From the NCBI GenBank assembly GCA_963733675.1, contig CAVTET010000005.1:160001-224000 (forward strand): DNA of 64,000 bases, read 5' to 3'. Numbering within the stretch: the stretch's first letter is position 1; the number at the start of each line of letters is the position of its first letter. This stretch comes from an uncultured Methanosarcinaceae archaeon (lineage in GTDB: Archaea; Halobacteriota; Methanosarcinia; Methanosarcinales; Methanosarcinaceae). The position numbers and the translations under genes were made by a program. This document shows, piece by piece, positions 22,797-33,640 of this stretch. The notes beneath the pieces are model-generated. The model saw only the letters and a list, made by a program, of their open reading frames with translations, was not told the DNA's origin and made no database searches.

Positions 22797-23245
22797 TCAC
22801 TGATGACCATATTCAATTTTCTTACCAACTAATTCTCCTTGAGAATTATACAAATATGCTGTATCTCCAGTGTTATTCCACATAAATGAGTACTTACCCA
22901 ATATAATGTATCTGCGGTATCTACCACTCCCGCTCCTAAGAGTTACTGTGGACTTAGGTTTTAATATGTAATTCGGGGAAAAGTAGGTGTGCTTTTCACC
23001 TTCATCTTTGATCTTCCAATCTTTCATATTTACTGCTTCATTCTCATAATTTGCATTTTTAACATATTCTTGATTTGGTATTTCATGTGGAGCTCCAACA
23101 TACAATTCAGCGATCGAGATTGGATTGGCGCCAATTATATGTGCATTATTGCCTACATATAGAGCAATAGCTCCTGAGTCATACTCATGATCAAAATTAT
23201 TATCGCAATAATATCCAAATTATTTTTAAAAACTTTAGGTATCAT
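22797..23245 (-). pseudogene. Lamin-tail-domain secreted protein, frameshifted
   Basis: QEYV..N...EAVNMKDWKIKDE..HTY...YILKP.STVTLRSGSG..WNNTGDTAYLYN.QGELV; hydrophobic leader from ATG 23245 lies in another frame. Confidence 0.7.
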
Positions 23246-23540
23246 TTTCTAACTTCAATATTTTAAACATATAAAATATATTTTGTCATACCAAATGGAT
23301 AAAATGAAGCAAATAATGTTACTAAGCATTTTTGATATAAGCTCTTTTTTTGGTGAATTTTTAATTGTGACTTAGTTAGGTTCTTCTGATGTGAGATTTT
23401 AGATGGTTAGGATAACTTGTTAGAATTTATGCAATTGATACACAAAATTAAACGAAGTAAGCTATATGGTAGCTTTTTTCTAAGTTCATCTCCGGAGCTT
23501 CCAGATTTTGGCTAATGTAATCCACAATATTATAAGAAAG

Positions 23541-23739
23541 AAAATTACACAAATTATACATTTCATAGGCGAAAATTATATTCTATTTTAAAAGAAATAA
23601 ATATGCTGAGACATTAAAAAAGTGGAAATTACACAAATTACACATTTCAGAAATAACATATATTTCCCATATCGAAACTAGAACTAAGATTTTGCATTTA
23701 TATGTATTAGTTTTAATTTGTGTAATTTGTGTAATTTTT
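23541..23739. repeat. Cluster of AAATTACAC tandem motifs (two direct blocks, one inverted)
   Basis: AAATTACACAAATTATACATTTCA (23542), AAATTACACAAATTACACATTTCA (23626), TAATTTGTGTAATTTGTGTAATTT (23714). Confidence 0.75.
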
Positions 23740-24052
23740 GAGTTAATTTAACTCAATAGATATTGAAAAAAGTTAAAAGTTACTTTTGATCAAATAGAAC
23801 TTGGAATATTTTTGATCTGAGTTCTAACAACAAGGTTTATAGTTTTAAGTCATTCAAAACAAACACACCAATATTGAGTGATATATGACGAATTTTCGGT
23901 ATAAATATTATGCAAAATTGGGCAGAAATATAGTGTGATATAAACTTATATAATCAAAAATAATTATATATATTTTTCAAATAAAATCAAAGTATTTGTC
24001 ATAACTTATAAAACCAAAGGGATAGATTCATGCATATGACAATATACAAACC

Positions 24053-24898
24053 TTAAAAATAAACAGATTTCCTTATAGATTGTCTTCGCTGGTAAAAGAG
24101 ATATTGTTGAGCATATCCACAATATTGTCCAAAATATTCCCTTCCCCAATCCCCCATTTTGCTGAGGCTAGAGTAATTCTTAAAGAATTTGTTATATATG
24201 TGATCCTGCTGAATGACCTGCCTGATGTGAGTATCTACCGGAAAGCTTTCCATTTCCTCGAAACCGAATAGAAGAACACAGTCAGCTACTTTTTCCCCTA
24301 TACCTTGAAGCCTCATAAGGCGATCTCTACTATACCTGTATTCTAGACGAGAAAGTGCATCTAGATCAAGCTCTCCTGAACACACTTCTCGAGCTGCATC
24401 TTTAATGCGCTCGGTTCTGAAACCCAGTTTACATTTACCAAGCACAGAAAGGTCAGCATTTGCAAGGGTTTGTGGGTCTGGAAAACTGAAATATCCTTCT
24501 TCGATTTCCTGCCCAAAGAAGTAGCTAAGTAGATTAATCCTTTTCTGGATCATAGGAATGTTTGAAGCTGTAGCAAGCATATAAGATATCAGGCATTCCC
24601 AGGGATCCTGCCTGATCAATCTCAATCCTCTGTATTTCATGATTGCCTTGTTTATCAGAAGGTCCTTGTCTATGCTTTTGTAGATTGAAAGTAGGTCGTC
24701 GTCGAGACGGAAATAATTTACAAAAAATTTAGGAGAAAGTTTTGAATCGACAATCAGTTTTCCATCGTCCTGAGAAATCCTAATAACATGATCCCCTAAA
24801 ATTCCTGTCCACCAGTCTCCATCTCGTTCCCAGCGAAAAACTTGTCCGCAGTCAAGAGTATAGTTCAGGTCAAAAATTTTAGGCTTAAGCCTGTACAT
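24053..24898 (-). CDS. ogg: 8-oxoguanine DNA glycosylase (OGG1-like HhH-GPD)
   Basis: TLDCGQVFRW, GLRLIRQDPWECLISY, LQGIGEKVADCVLLF, FPVDTHI, GYAQQYLF. Confidence 0.9.
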   Translation of the reverse strand: MYRLKPKIFDLNYTLDCGQVFRWERDGDWWTGILGDHVIRISQDDGKLIVDSKLSPKFFVNYFRLDDDLLSIYKSIDKDLLINKAIMKYRGLRLIRQDPWECLISYMLATASNIPMIQKRINLLSYFFGQEIEEGYFSFPDPQTLANADLSVLGKCKLGFRTERIKDAAREVCSGELDLDALSRLEYRYSRDRLMRLQGIGEKVADCVLLFGFEEMESFPVDTHIRQVIQQDHIYNKFFKNYSSLSKMGDWGREYFGQYCGYAQQYLFYQRRQSIRKSVYF

Positions 24899-26346
24899 CC
24901 AGCTCCAGCTCCCTCAAAAAGATTCCGGCCGTGAATGTATCCCCAAGTCCTACAGTAGTTACCGGAAATTTAGAAAGCAGCGTAGGAAGCATGCAGAGAA
25001 TATACTCTCCCTTAAATGCATAAGCTCCTTTGTCAAAAGCCTGTCCTTTGAAGGCTTTAAGGAAAAGATCAAGTTGCTCTCTCCCAATAGTGCTTTCTCG
25101 AAGTTTTGAAGCTTCCTGTTCCACAAATTTCCTCCCTTCGAGCCTTCCTGAGTTTGCATATGCTCCTGCACAGCTTACTCCAAACATCAAGGTTTCAATT
25201 TTTTGTCTAACCATCTTTTGTAGACTTACACTTTCAAAATTTACCAATTTTCCTGGGACCTGAAAATTTACAAATCTTTCTGGGACATATTTTAAATTCA
25301 ATTCAGAATTCTTTTTAAATGCGGTCAACACAAATTCCCTTGTGTGGATTATAAGTTTTTTAAGCCCGTACTGCGAAGCCAACTCAAATGTCGCATTTCC
25401 CACAGCTTCTGCCTCCATGTGCAAAAGTTCCTTTTGGGGGACTCCGTGCAAATGACGGAGCATCGCAAGTTCATCTTCGTTCATTCCAATACCATCGCAA
25501 ATGGATGCAAACTCCAGAAAGACCGAATTTGCGATATCTTTGCTCGTGAAGTGTCCGAACTCAAGGGAAACCCGAAGTTTATAATTTAAGGCCTTCCAGC
25601 ATCTGATATTGCATAGAACATTTTCTAGAATCTTTTTGTAGCTGCTGCCATCAGAATAGGTCTCAAGGAGGAGATGGAAACCTGATATGAGTGCACCATC
25701 AATCTCGCAAGCGTGTTCAAGGGCGTATTTCTCAAATGCAGGATTTACAAAGAGCTTGAAGTTTAAATGGTCGTAGGTTGCTATGAAACGATTTTCCCTT
25801 GGAACTCTAATCTGTGTTCCATATAGGGGAAAAAGTATCCCCTTCTAAAAAATCAAACACAAAATGAATAGCATCTTGATTGCTGGATACAATTTCCATA
25901 TCCCCTTCTGATTCAGCCCCTGAACTGTTCTTTCTCTGCAGAGGAAAGTGGGGAAAATAAATTGATTTTTTTGAAAACAAAGAAAGTTGAATTTTTGAGG
26001 GTACAGCGACATTTGGAATTACCCTAGAAGCTCCTAGTTGAGAGAGGGTATTTGCCATTATTCCGGCGTTTCCACCCATTTTAAGAAGTGATTTTTCAAA
26101 ATAACGGGTTTTAAGAAATTCGAAAATAGCCTGTTCAAAAATGAGCCATTCACCTCCGTATCCATTTTTCATACAATAGACAAGACCAGCTATAAAATCC
26201 GATTTTGAAAATATTTTTCCAGGAGGTTTGTCTATTTTTTCAAGGATCTCAGTCATTTCGAAATTTTCCAGTAGTTCCGAAATTTCATCTCCACTTATCC
26301 TATATATAGAGTCTACGTTGACATTGTATCCACAAAGTATTTTCAT
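24885..26346 (-). pseudogene. ADP-dependent glucokinase/phosphofructokinase family gene with a single frameshift
   Basis: N-terminal GYNVNVD, MGGNAGIMAN; removing one C at 25826-25829 gives FSLYGTQIRVPRENRFI.. open through GMNEDEL to TTVGLGDTFTAG. May be a sequencing error. Confidence 0.85.
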
Positions 26347-26408
26347 TTAATCAGTTCCATTTTAATTTCCACAAAATGAATAGCTCACATCTTAAACAGA
26401 TCGAATAT

Positions 26409-27878
26409 TTATGATCTTTTTTGCTTTATTTTTGCAAGCATGGCAGCAAAAGCTCCTGCCGAAATTGCATCTCCGATTCCTACTGTCGCCTTCGGCTTGT
26501 TAACGACCTTGGTGGGGATAATGACAGCATCATGTTCTGGCCCGTAGATATAGCCATACTCAAATTCTTCCAGAGTGCAGAGCTTTCGGCCCATGCAATA
26601 AAGTTTGAAGTTATCTAAACTTTCGATTCCGTCACTTGAAATCGGAACCTCCAATCCAACTTCTGCCTCCATAAAGTTTCCAATATCTCCCCTGACGGCC
26701 TTCGCAGCTGCCAAGATTGAGGAAAAGAGAAGAACGTCCCTATGTTCTTTAAGTGTAAGAGGGTGCCCTTTCACTAATATGCAGATATAAAAACCAAGAG
26801 AATGTACATGTACTCTTTCAAGCGATAGATCCTTTAAAAGTTGGAGAGCGCCCTGGTAAAGAGATGTTATCCCGTATTCCTCTTTCATGATAACTAAATA
26901 AGATAGTTCTTCATGGCCAAGCACATTCAAAGCATTTGCTACCTCAACAGTATCAAGGCCAAGGGAATGAACATGTTTGGCAATAATCTCTGTCAGAATA
27001 GCCTTCCTTATTACCCTATTCTGGATAGATGTGAGTTCTACATGGATACGGAGTTCGGGGTTTAAGGATTTCAATTTCTCAATAACCTGCACAGAACTTG
27101 CAACATGATCTTCATATGTGGATCCATCCTCATATTCCTCCTCTATCATCTGATAACCTGAAAGCATTGCCCCATCAATCGGGAAAATGGAATTCAGTTG
27201 TTCGTATACTTCTTTGTCTACATCAAGGCGGAGCCATTTGGGGCGGGAAGAAATTATTAAGCGGTTATCTCTAGGCACCGTGAAGTTTCTTCCATCACAG
27301 CTTACTTTAAGATTCTTGGAGTACTCAAGGATCCAGTTGACTTTTGACCCAATGTTGGGTTTGAAAGCTTCTCTCGGATGCTTTAAAAATACTTTTCCAT
27401 TTTCGATCTTCGGATGAAATAGATTGGCAGCATCTACAAAGTATTCTGCTTGCTCTTGAGAAAGCCAGGGAATATATGCCACCACTTTTTTCAGCTCCAA
27501 GGAAGAAAGAAGATTTGAAATGATCCCGGCTTGGCCACCCATCCGTGCATAGTCAAAACCCAGATGATCCTTCAACCATTCATGGATATCTGAGTTATGA
27601 GTCGGGATTTCGGCAGCTTTCCCTTCTCGCATGGAAATGAACAAGCGTGCGATGAAATCTAGAGGGTCTTTTATTTCCCTAGGATATGTTTCAATCCTTT
27701 CAATAATTTCAGTATCTTTAAAAAGTCCGATCAGCTTGGAAAGATCTGCTTCAGTAAGGTGTTTGATAGCGTCGATATTGCTATTGTAAGCTACCAACAT
27801 CCCGTCCAGATAAGGAATTGTTTCTTTGACGTTATAAAAGGCTTCTATGTGACGCTGTTCCCATTCTTGTACATCCAC
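26409..27878 (-). CDS. pfkC: ADP-specific phosphofructokinase (PFK/GK family)
   Basis: AYNSNIDAI, RMGGQAGIISN, PRDNRLIISSRP, SLGLDTVE, ATVGIGDAISAG. Confidence 0.92.
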   Translation of the reverse strand: MDVQEWEQRHIEAFYNVKETIPYLDGMLVAYNSNIDAIKHLTEADLSKLIGLFKDTEIIERIETYPREIKDPLDFIARLFISMREGKAAEIPTHNSDIHEWLKDHLGFDYARMGGQAGIISNLLSSLELKKVVAYIPWLSQEQAEYFVDAANLFHPKIENGKVFLKHPREAFKPNIGSKVNWILEYSKNLKVSCDGRNFTVPRDNRLIISSRPKWLRLDVDKEVYEQLNSIFPIDGAMLSGYQMIEEEYEDGSTYEDHVASSVQVIEKLKSLNPELRIHVELTSIQNRVIRKAILTEIIAKHVHSLGLDTVEVANALNVLGHEELSYLVIMKEEYGITSLYQGALQLLKDLSLERVHVHSLGFYICILVKGHPLTLKEHRDVLLFSSILAAAKAVRGDIGNFMEAEVGLEVPISSDGIESLDNFKLYCMGRKLCTLEEFEYGYIYGPEHDAVIIPTKVVNKPKATVGIGDAISAGAFAAMLAKIKQKRS

Positions 27879-27989
27879 TTAGTAAACCACCTTGAAATAC
27901 ATGTTCTAATCAAAAAATAATGACTATGAATTAGGTGCAAGCCTTATTTTTATTTTTTCGAGTTCATTTTTCTTGATTCATCTTGATTA

Positions 27990-28690
27990 TATTTGGTATG
28001 AAAGTACATGAGATTATCTTCCTCAAATACTCCTCCATTTCTTTTTTTCTATAATTCTGTGGGGCTATTCAATTATTTTGCTATGTTCCACAAACGAAAG
28101 CTATCCAGTTTTAAAAATGTTTTTTGAATTTTTCTCTCTTCTTTATACTCTGTTTCATCTTTTTACATCCCACAGTTTGTAATAAAATTCCATATTTTTG
28201 TGATAATTTTCCTTGATAGAATAATAATTGCCTTTGCGTCTGCAATTGATTTCCTATTCTGGTTAAAAAATTCTCTTAAATTGCTTTTTTTTCTTGCTGC
28301 TGTTGACAATCTATATTAAAATCCACTTTGCCACCTTTGATCCTCTTTTTGTGATGCCAGGATTGTAAAATTTATCAGCTAATTGGATACATTTGGAACA
28401 ATTCAAATTCATGAAAAAAGCTGATCTATTAAAGGAAAATTCTTAAATTTGCCTATTTCAGCAATTAGAGTTGTTAAATCGCTTTCCACTACTTAAAAAC
28501 TATATTAATATTTTCATCTAGCTTTGTGTTTCTCATAAGTACAGTTAACAATTTTTCTCTACAAAGTTTTGGTTTCATCGGCAAGATGTTTTATATGATT
28601 CAGACATTTCTGATGTCTGGAGACAGCACTTTAAGATAGTCCTTTGTCAAAATTCTCTTTTAACAGAATAATTTTATTTAAACATTTGAC
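27990..28690 (-). mobile_element. IS110-family transposase relic (C-terminal half)
   Basis: Minus-strand fragments TLIAEIGKFKNF, IVPNV.Q.ADKFYN.GITKRGSKVAKWIL, AARKK..LREFFN, AKAIIILSRKI; many indels. Confidence 0.75.
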
Positions 28691-29051
28691 GAAAGATTTT
28701 TATATTATTCAATCGACCGCCTTGCCTAATTAAATTTCTGGTAGAATTGATACAATGTTTTTGCCAAAAAATATGTCAAGACTTCAGTTATATGTAAAAT
28801 TTAAGAAGGCAGATTAGCGTGAGCTTCATTTTTTAAATTTGTTTTTTGTACAAGTTTGTGGTGAAACCGAACATAAGACCAAAATTTGGATTAACCGACT
28901 TCCCAATATAAAGATGGTTTTAATATCCAAAAGAAATACATATGTAGGTTACTTTCATTTATTTGAGCCTGTTATTCAAAGAATTTCATATTTAGTTTTA
29001 GATAACAAGTTTAATTATATTGTATTGATATTATACAGGCAGTGAATATTT

Positions 29052-30065
29052 ATGATCAAGGCTGGAATAATAGGAGCTTCAGGATATACAGGAGGAGAAC
29101 TCCTGCGCTTGCTAGTGAATCATCCCAATGTTAAGGTAGAACTGGCAACTTCTAGAAGTCTTGAAGGAAAGTCCATAACAAGCATTCACAGGCATCTTGA
29201 AGGTTTTATGGACCTCATATATGAAAATCCGAATTCTGAAGATATCAGGGAGCGCTGTGACGTTGTTTTTTTAGCAGTACCGCATGGATCTGCAATGAGC
29301 TATGTCCCTGAGCTGCTTGATGGTGCCACAAAGGTTGTCGATCTTAGCGCGGACTATAGACTTGAAACTTCAGTCTTTGAAAAGATTTATGAAATTACAC
29401 ACTGTGATCCGAGGACAGCAGTATATGGACTTGTAGAGCTTCATGCTGAAGCTGCAGAAGAGGATCTTGTGGCAAACCCTGGGTGTTTCCCTACAGGAGC
29501 AATACTTGCTGCAGCTCCACTAGCTGCAGCAGAGCTTATTGATATTGCAGTCTTTGATTCTAAAACAGGGATTTCAGGAGCTGGAATCTCGCCGACAGAG
29601 GTCTCTCACTACCCTAACCTTGCGGAAAATATCACTGCTTATAAGCTCACAACCCACAGACACAGGGCTGAAATACTTCAGGAACTAAACAGGCTGGACC
29701 AAAAACTTCTAAATATCAATTTTACTCCACATGTGATTCCTTCTATTAGGGGCATCTTTACCACTGCTCACTTCTTCACAAATGAGCTTCTTACAACAGA
29801 CGACTTAAGGACGATTTATGAAGGATTTTATAGGGATAAACCTTTTATTAGGTTTCCCTCTGGAGTTCCCTCCCTTACCGCGGTACGGGGTTCTAATTTC
29901 TGCGATATAGGCTTTGAAGTTGATAAGGAGAACAACAGGGTTATAGTGCTATCAGCAATCGATAACCTGGTCAAAGGTGCATCAGGACAGGCAATTCAGA
30001 ACATGAATATAATGTTCGGGCTGGACGAAACGCGTGGACTCTGGTTGCCTGCGGCTGCTCCGTAG
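29052..30065 (+). CDS. argC: N-acetyl-gamma-glutamyl-phosphate reductase
   Basis: GASGYTGGELLRLL, DLSADYR, VANPGCFPT, GISGAG, IDNLVKGASGQAIQNMN. Confidence 0.96.
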   Translation: MIKAGIIGASGYTGGELLRLLVNHPNVKVELATSRSLEGKSITSIHRHLEGFMDLIYENPNSEDIRERCDVVFLAVPHGSAMSYVPELLDGATKVVDLSADYRLETSVFEKIYEITHCDPRTAVYGLVELHAEAAEEDLVANPGCFPTGAILAAAPLAAAELIDIAVFDSKTGISGAGISPTEVSHYPNLAENITAYKLTTHRHRAEILQELNRLDQKLLNINFTPHVIPSIRGIFTTAHFFTNELLTTDDLRTIYEGFYRDKPFIRFPSGVPSLTAVRGSNFCDIGFEVDKENNRVIVLSAIDNLVKGASGQAIQNMNIMFGLDETRGLWLPAAAP

Positions 30066-30408
30066 GCACTTGATCTAAAACTGGTTAAGGTGCGAGTTGC
30101 TGAAAACTATGAGCATAATAATCTTTTAAGAAAATTTTTATAAACCACTAGATTTTCTCATATGTTTATAAATTGTATCTATGACTCTTGAAATTAGAGA
30201 TTCATCAAAATTCTCTTCAGTCCTGCAAAAAATCAGGGGTGTTCTTTTTTATATTTGACCACTAACAAACCCATTTAGCTGAAAATCCAAAATCTTACTT
30301 TTTCATATACTAGTATAAAGAAAAAACCTACAAGCTGAAAGGCAGGCGAGAACATATAACTGGTAACTGACTAAAGTAAGGAATAGAATTTGTCTAAGAG
30401 GTATTTGG

Positions 30409-30873
30409 ATGAAGGTAAAAGATATCATGAATCCCAACGTTGTCTTCTGTAAGCCCGACAATACAGTCCGAGAAACTGCAAAAATCTTGAGAGAAAACAA
30501 CATCAGTGGAGCTCCGGTCCTAGAAAACAATGAGCTTGTAGGGATCATAAGTGAGGGCGACCTGCTTAAACTGCTGATAATCCCCGAAAAAGGAGGGCTA
30601 TGGCTTCCCAGTCCTTTTGAAGTTATAGAGGTTCCTATCAGGGAACTTCTTAGTTGGGATGATACTAAAAAAATGCTTTCAGACGTTGGTTCGATAAGGA
30701 TAGAAGAGATCATGACTAAGAATGTGCACACGATCTCTCCAGAGGCATCATTGGAAGAAGCTTCCGAACATATGGTCAGGCACAAAATTAAAAGGTTGCC
30801 TATAACTGTGAATAATCACGTGGTAGGAATTATTACCCGCGGAGATATCATTGAAGGTCTTGCAAAACTCTGA
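30409..30873 (+). CDS. CBS-pair domain protein
   Basis: VKDIM..ISGAPV..LVGIISEGDL and IEEIMTKNV..KRLP..VGIITRGDI. Confidence 0.9.
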   Translation: MKVKDIMNPNVVFCKPDNTVRETAKILRENNISGAPVLENNELVGIISEGDLLKLLIIPEKGGLWLPSPFEVIEVPIRELLSWDDTKKMLSDVGSIRIEEIMTKNVHTISPEASLEEASEHMVRHKIKRLPITVNNHVVGIITRGDIIEGLAKL

Positions 30874-30892
30874 TAGATAGGGAGAATTTTTC

Positions 30893-32079
30893 ATGAAGCA
30901 AATAGAAGGTGGAATATGCGCTGTACGGGGGGTATCTGCAAACGGGGTCAAAGCCGGGAAAACTGGAATTATGGTTATTCTTGCGGAAGGCCCTGCAGCA
31001 GGTGTCTTTACAAAAAATAAAGTGGTTGCAGCCCCAGTTATTCTGAGTAAAAGAGTAATTGATACCAAGCATTGGCTTTCGGCTGTTATTGCAAATAGTG
31101 GCAATGCCAATGCCTTTACAGGTGATGACGGCTTCCTTGATGCCATGGAAATGGCATCGATGCTTGCCGAAAATCTTGACGTTGATGCTGATACAGTTGC
31201 TGTTGCCTCAACAGGAATAATTGGCAGAAGACTTGATGTCTCAGAAATCAGAAAAAATCTTCGAAAGGCAATTAAAGGACTTGGCAATTCTCCTGAATGT
31301 AGTAAGGCAGCTGCAAAGGCAATCATGACAACTGATAGAGCTATAAAAGAGTCCGCTATTGAGCTCGACTGTGGAATAAGAATAGGTGCAATTGCTAAAG
31401 GTTCAGGAATGATCGAGCCAAATATGGGAACCATGCTGTGTTTTGCTTATACAGATGCAAAAGTACCTGCAGATGTTCTGGATGCGGCTCTCAAAATAGC
31501 CGTACAAAAAACTTTCAATATGGTTGTGGTAGATGGAGATACAAGCACTAATGATATGGTACTTTTTACCTCTACTTGTAAGTCAGGAATCAAGCCCTCC
31601 ATGAGTTGCCTCGATGATTTTCAGGAAAGTCTAATTTATTTATTTACTGATCTTGCAAAAAAGATAGCAATGGATGGAGAGGGCGCCACGAAACTTATTG
31701 AAGCTAGGGTTGTGGGAGCAAAAAAATATGAAGATGCCAGGCTTGCTGCAAAAGCAATTGTTCGTTCCCCCTGGTCAAGTCCGCAGTCTTTGGAAAGGAT
31801 CCTAACTGGGGCAGGATTGTCGCTGCTGCAGGTTACTCAGGTGCTGAACTTGAGCAGGAAAGGCTATCTCTTTCTTTCTCAGGAGGAGAAGAAAAGATCG
31901 AGATTGTCAAATTTGGCGAGATTTTCGAGCCTTCTGACCTAACACTTCTGAAGAGAATAATGGGAAATGATGAAATCGTCATTACTCTTAATCTGAATGC
32001 TGGAAAGGAGAATGCAATTGCCTGGGGCTGTGATCTGAGCTATAACTATGTCCGAATCAATGCTGAATATACGACTTAA
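30893..32079 (+). pseudogene. argJ: Ornithine acetyltransferase / N-acetylglutamate synthase with a single frameshift
   Basis: FTKN..AAPV, NSGNANAFTG, KGSGMIEPNMGTML, DGDTSTND, DGEGATK; adding one C at 31767-31771 gives RSPLVKSAVFGKDPNWGR..WGCDLSYNYVRINAEYTT*. Probably a homopolymer error. Confidence 0.9.
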
Positions 32080-32184
32080 TCTGCTCTCTTTTTTTAATGC
32101 GAGATTTGAATTCGCTTATTAAATAACGGTCCAACTAATTTCAGATCCCGCATTTACACAAATTTAATAAAACGTAATATGGAA

Positions 32185-32302
32185 CTATATCCTATTTTTC
32201 GTAGGTTAGACGATAATGCAATCTATTTTCTTAACCTGAAAGTGCTTAAAAATTAATCTAACTTTCAATGAAAAATAATAGATAAATATGTAAACAAATT
32301 AT
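32185..32302 (+). repeat. Dispersed repeat family B (copy 4, degenerate)
   Basis: AATGCAATCTATTTTCTTAA..GCTTAAAAATTAATCTAACTTTCAATGAA. Confidence 0.6.
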
Positions 32303-32960
32303 AGATAATTTCGATAAAATCCTATGCGTTTGTTTATTTGATATCTTTAATCTTTTGAAATTAATTTTAATTTATTGAAACTCTTACTAATTTGCTTTTA
32401 TGAATGTATAACTTTCTTCAATCAGTTGGAGGCAAACTTGTTGAAATTGATTGCTTTAATTGGTTGGAAATCTTTTCGTATCATTTCAGAGTCCATATAT
32501 TCTAACAAAACAGCTTTTTAAGCAGATTTGAAACTAAAGTAGTAATTATTTTTTAAATTTTTGTCTTACAGCAATGGGATGATCTTTCCAATTTTGAACT
32601 TGATAAAAATGCATTGACTTAATTTTCTTTAAGAAATTTTGTAGTTTTACTGAATACATACCAGTTAGTACCCCAGTCTGATCATTCAAAAAAAGAATTA
32701 GTGATAATTACAAAGAAGAATAAATATACAGACAGTTGCAAAGTTAACTTTATTACCTTGGTTTGAAAATAAAAAAAAGGTTCCAGACGCTACTTTATAC
32801 ATTCAGATCTTGGACATGCAAAATCGGACAACTATCGAGAAAATGAAGCAAAAACAATGAGAAACGGGATGAAATCTGGAGAAAAAATAGTGATAAATTA
32901 TATTTTGATATATACCTTATAGAATAATAACAGGGTAAGATCATCTAAAATTTTATACTG
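32302..32960 (+). mobile_element. Decayed IS5-family relic
   Basis: Left end AGATAATTTCGATAAA; AAACTCTTACTAATTTGCT..TCAGTTGGAGGCAAACTTGTTGAAATTGATT; collinear with the 12487 copy. Confidence 0.7.
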
Positions 32961-33100
32961 TGTGTGTTAGCAGAATAATTAAACATTTGTAAAGAATATC
33001 CAGTTATATATTCTGTACCAACACCTGAGTTTTGGGAACTTCTAACTGAAGAACAGAATAGAAAAATTGCAATAATGAGACTGAATGTACTTATAAATAA

Positions 33101-33397
33101 GGAACATTCTGATAAATTCTAAATTTTGTCATATGCACATAACCTTTATATAAATGACCCGTGAAGATCAGATGTCTCTCTAAAATTTCTAAAGAAAATT
33201 GAGAACATATGACTCGTAATGTCATGCTTTACAACCTGAAAATCGGAGAAATGTGTATTACATAACAGATTAACAATTTAATTGTCAAAATTAAAATGAA
33301 CAATCATAGAAGATTTTGAGAAACCTCTGATTTCCACGAATCATTAATATGATATTTATGCATATCTGACTAAATTTCGGATTTGTCGAAATTTTCC
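33101..33397. mobile_element. Two MITE family A copies in opposite orientation (33101-33190, 33308-33397)
   Basis: Core TTTTGTCATATGC..ATGACCCGTGAAGATCAGA and its reverse TCTGATTTCCACGAATCA..CATAT..ACTAAATT. Confidence 0.6.
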
Positions 33398-33640
33398 ATA
33401 ATATTAGAGAAAAACTCTAATAGGAAAGAAATAATTCTCATATATAAGGGGATGATTTTAATAATTAATTATTCTATAATGTATGGTTTCACTGAATATA
33501 TTTAAACCCTCTATAACTATATTTACAATCAATTTTGATCTTTGTGCTCGATAAAACATGATAAAATTTATTAAATATTTACACTTGTTTATACAATTAA
33601 TTATATATTTTGATAGTTATTTGGTCAGGCCTGGTATTTT

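Noticed and set aside
30063-30065. TAG stops of argC (and of the dCMP deaminase at 7517) as pyrrolysine read-through
   Set aside because: Both proteins are complete at the TAG and the extensions are short and featureless.
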